Shown piece after piece: positions 63,707-64,000 of a stretch of DNA of 64,000 nucleotides. The notes beneath the pieces were generated by a model, which worked only from the letters and a program-made list of their open reading frames with translations, was not told the origin of the DNA and did not search any database. Where the stretch lies: positions 240,622,001 to 240,686,000 of the forward strand of contig OZ024743.1 of assembly GCA_964016885.1 (NCBI GenBank), written 5' to 3'. Numbering within the stretch: the first letter of the stretch is position 1; the number at the start of each line of letters is the position of its first letter. This stretch comes from Eledone cirrhosa. Lineage: Eukaryota. Made by a program: the position numbers and the translations under genes.

Positions 63707-64000
63707 GTTTCATGTTTCCAATCCTCAGACAAAATATGAACAGTGTGAAAAGTTACACCATCGAAAGGAGTTTCAATGGTGTAACTTTGTCATCTATTGT
63801 GTCATCCTGATAAGCTATTTCGATGGTATACACCTGTAATTGAATGGTGTGTCCTTGTCACATAATATATCACCTTGATTAGGTATATCGATGACCCCTA
63901 GATGTAATTCAAATGTTTGACCTTTTCATATACTGTGTCACCCTGACTAACTCTTTCGATAATTTCTACCTGTAATTTAAATGTGTACCTTTCTCATATA

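Overview
AT-rich, repeat-saturated eukaryotic DNA. The repeat repertoire (tRNA-derived Nin-domain SINEs, RTE-tailed SINEs, dense (AT)n/(CA)n/(TAA)n/(CAT)n microsatellites) looks like an octopus/coleoid cephalopod genome; this is an inference. I found no intact host protein-coding gene. The long ORFs are microsatellite artefacts or decayed transposon fragments: R4/Dong-like and CRE-like RLE LINEs, Tx1/L1, RTE, Penelope-like GIY-YIG, mariner, hAT and piggyBac-type MITEs, and a Helitron/HINE-like element. Three things stand out. (1) About ten different type-I hammerhead-ribozyme-like motifs, mostly in inverted-repeat cassettes next to (AT)n tracts (Penelope pLTR/retrozyme-like); they include non-canonical cores (CAGAnGA, UUGAAAA, no stem II, expanded stem II). 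(2) A candidate recursive splice site on the minus strand (branch point, pyrimidine tract, CAG|GTAAGT) with a 71-nt exon that has stops in all three frames, inside the only repeat-poor island. (3) Strand-polarised use of (TAA/ATT)n tracts by R4/Dong LINEs versus Tx1 LINEs and SINEs, with SINE target-site duplications that all begin ATTAT. All calls are by eye, and element boundaries are approximate unless a TSD or TIR is quoted.
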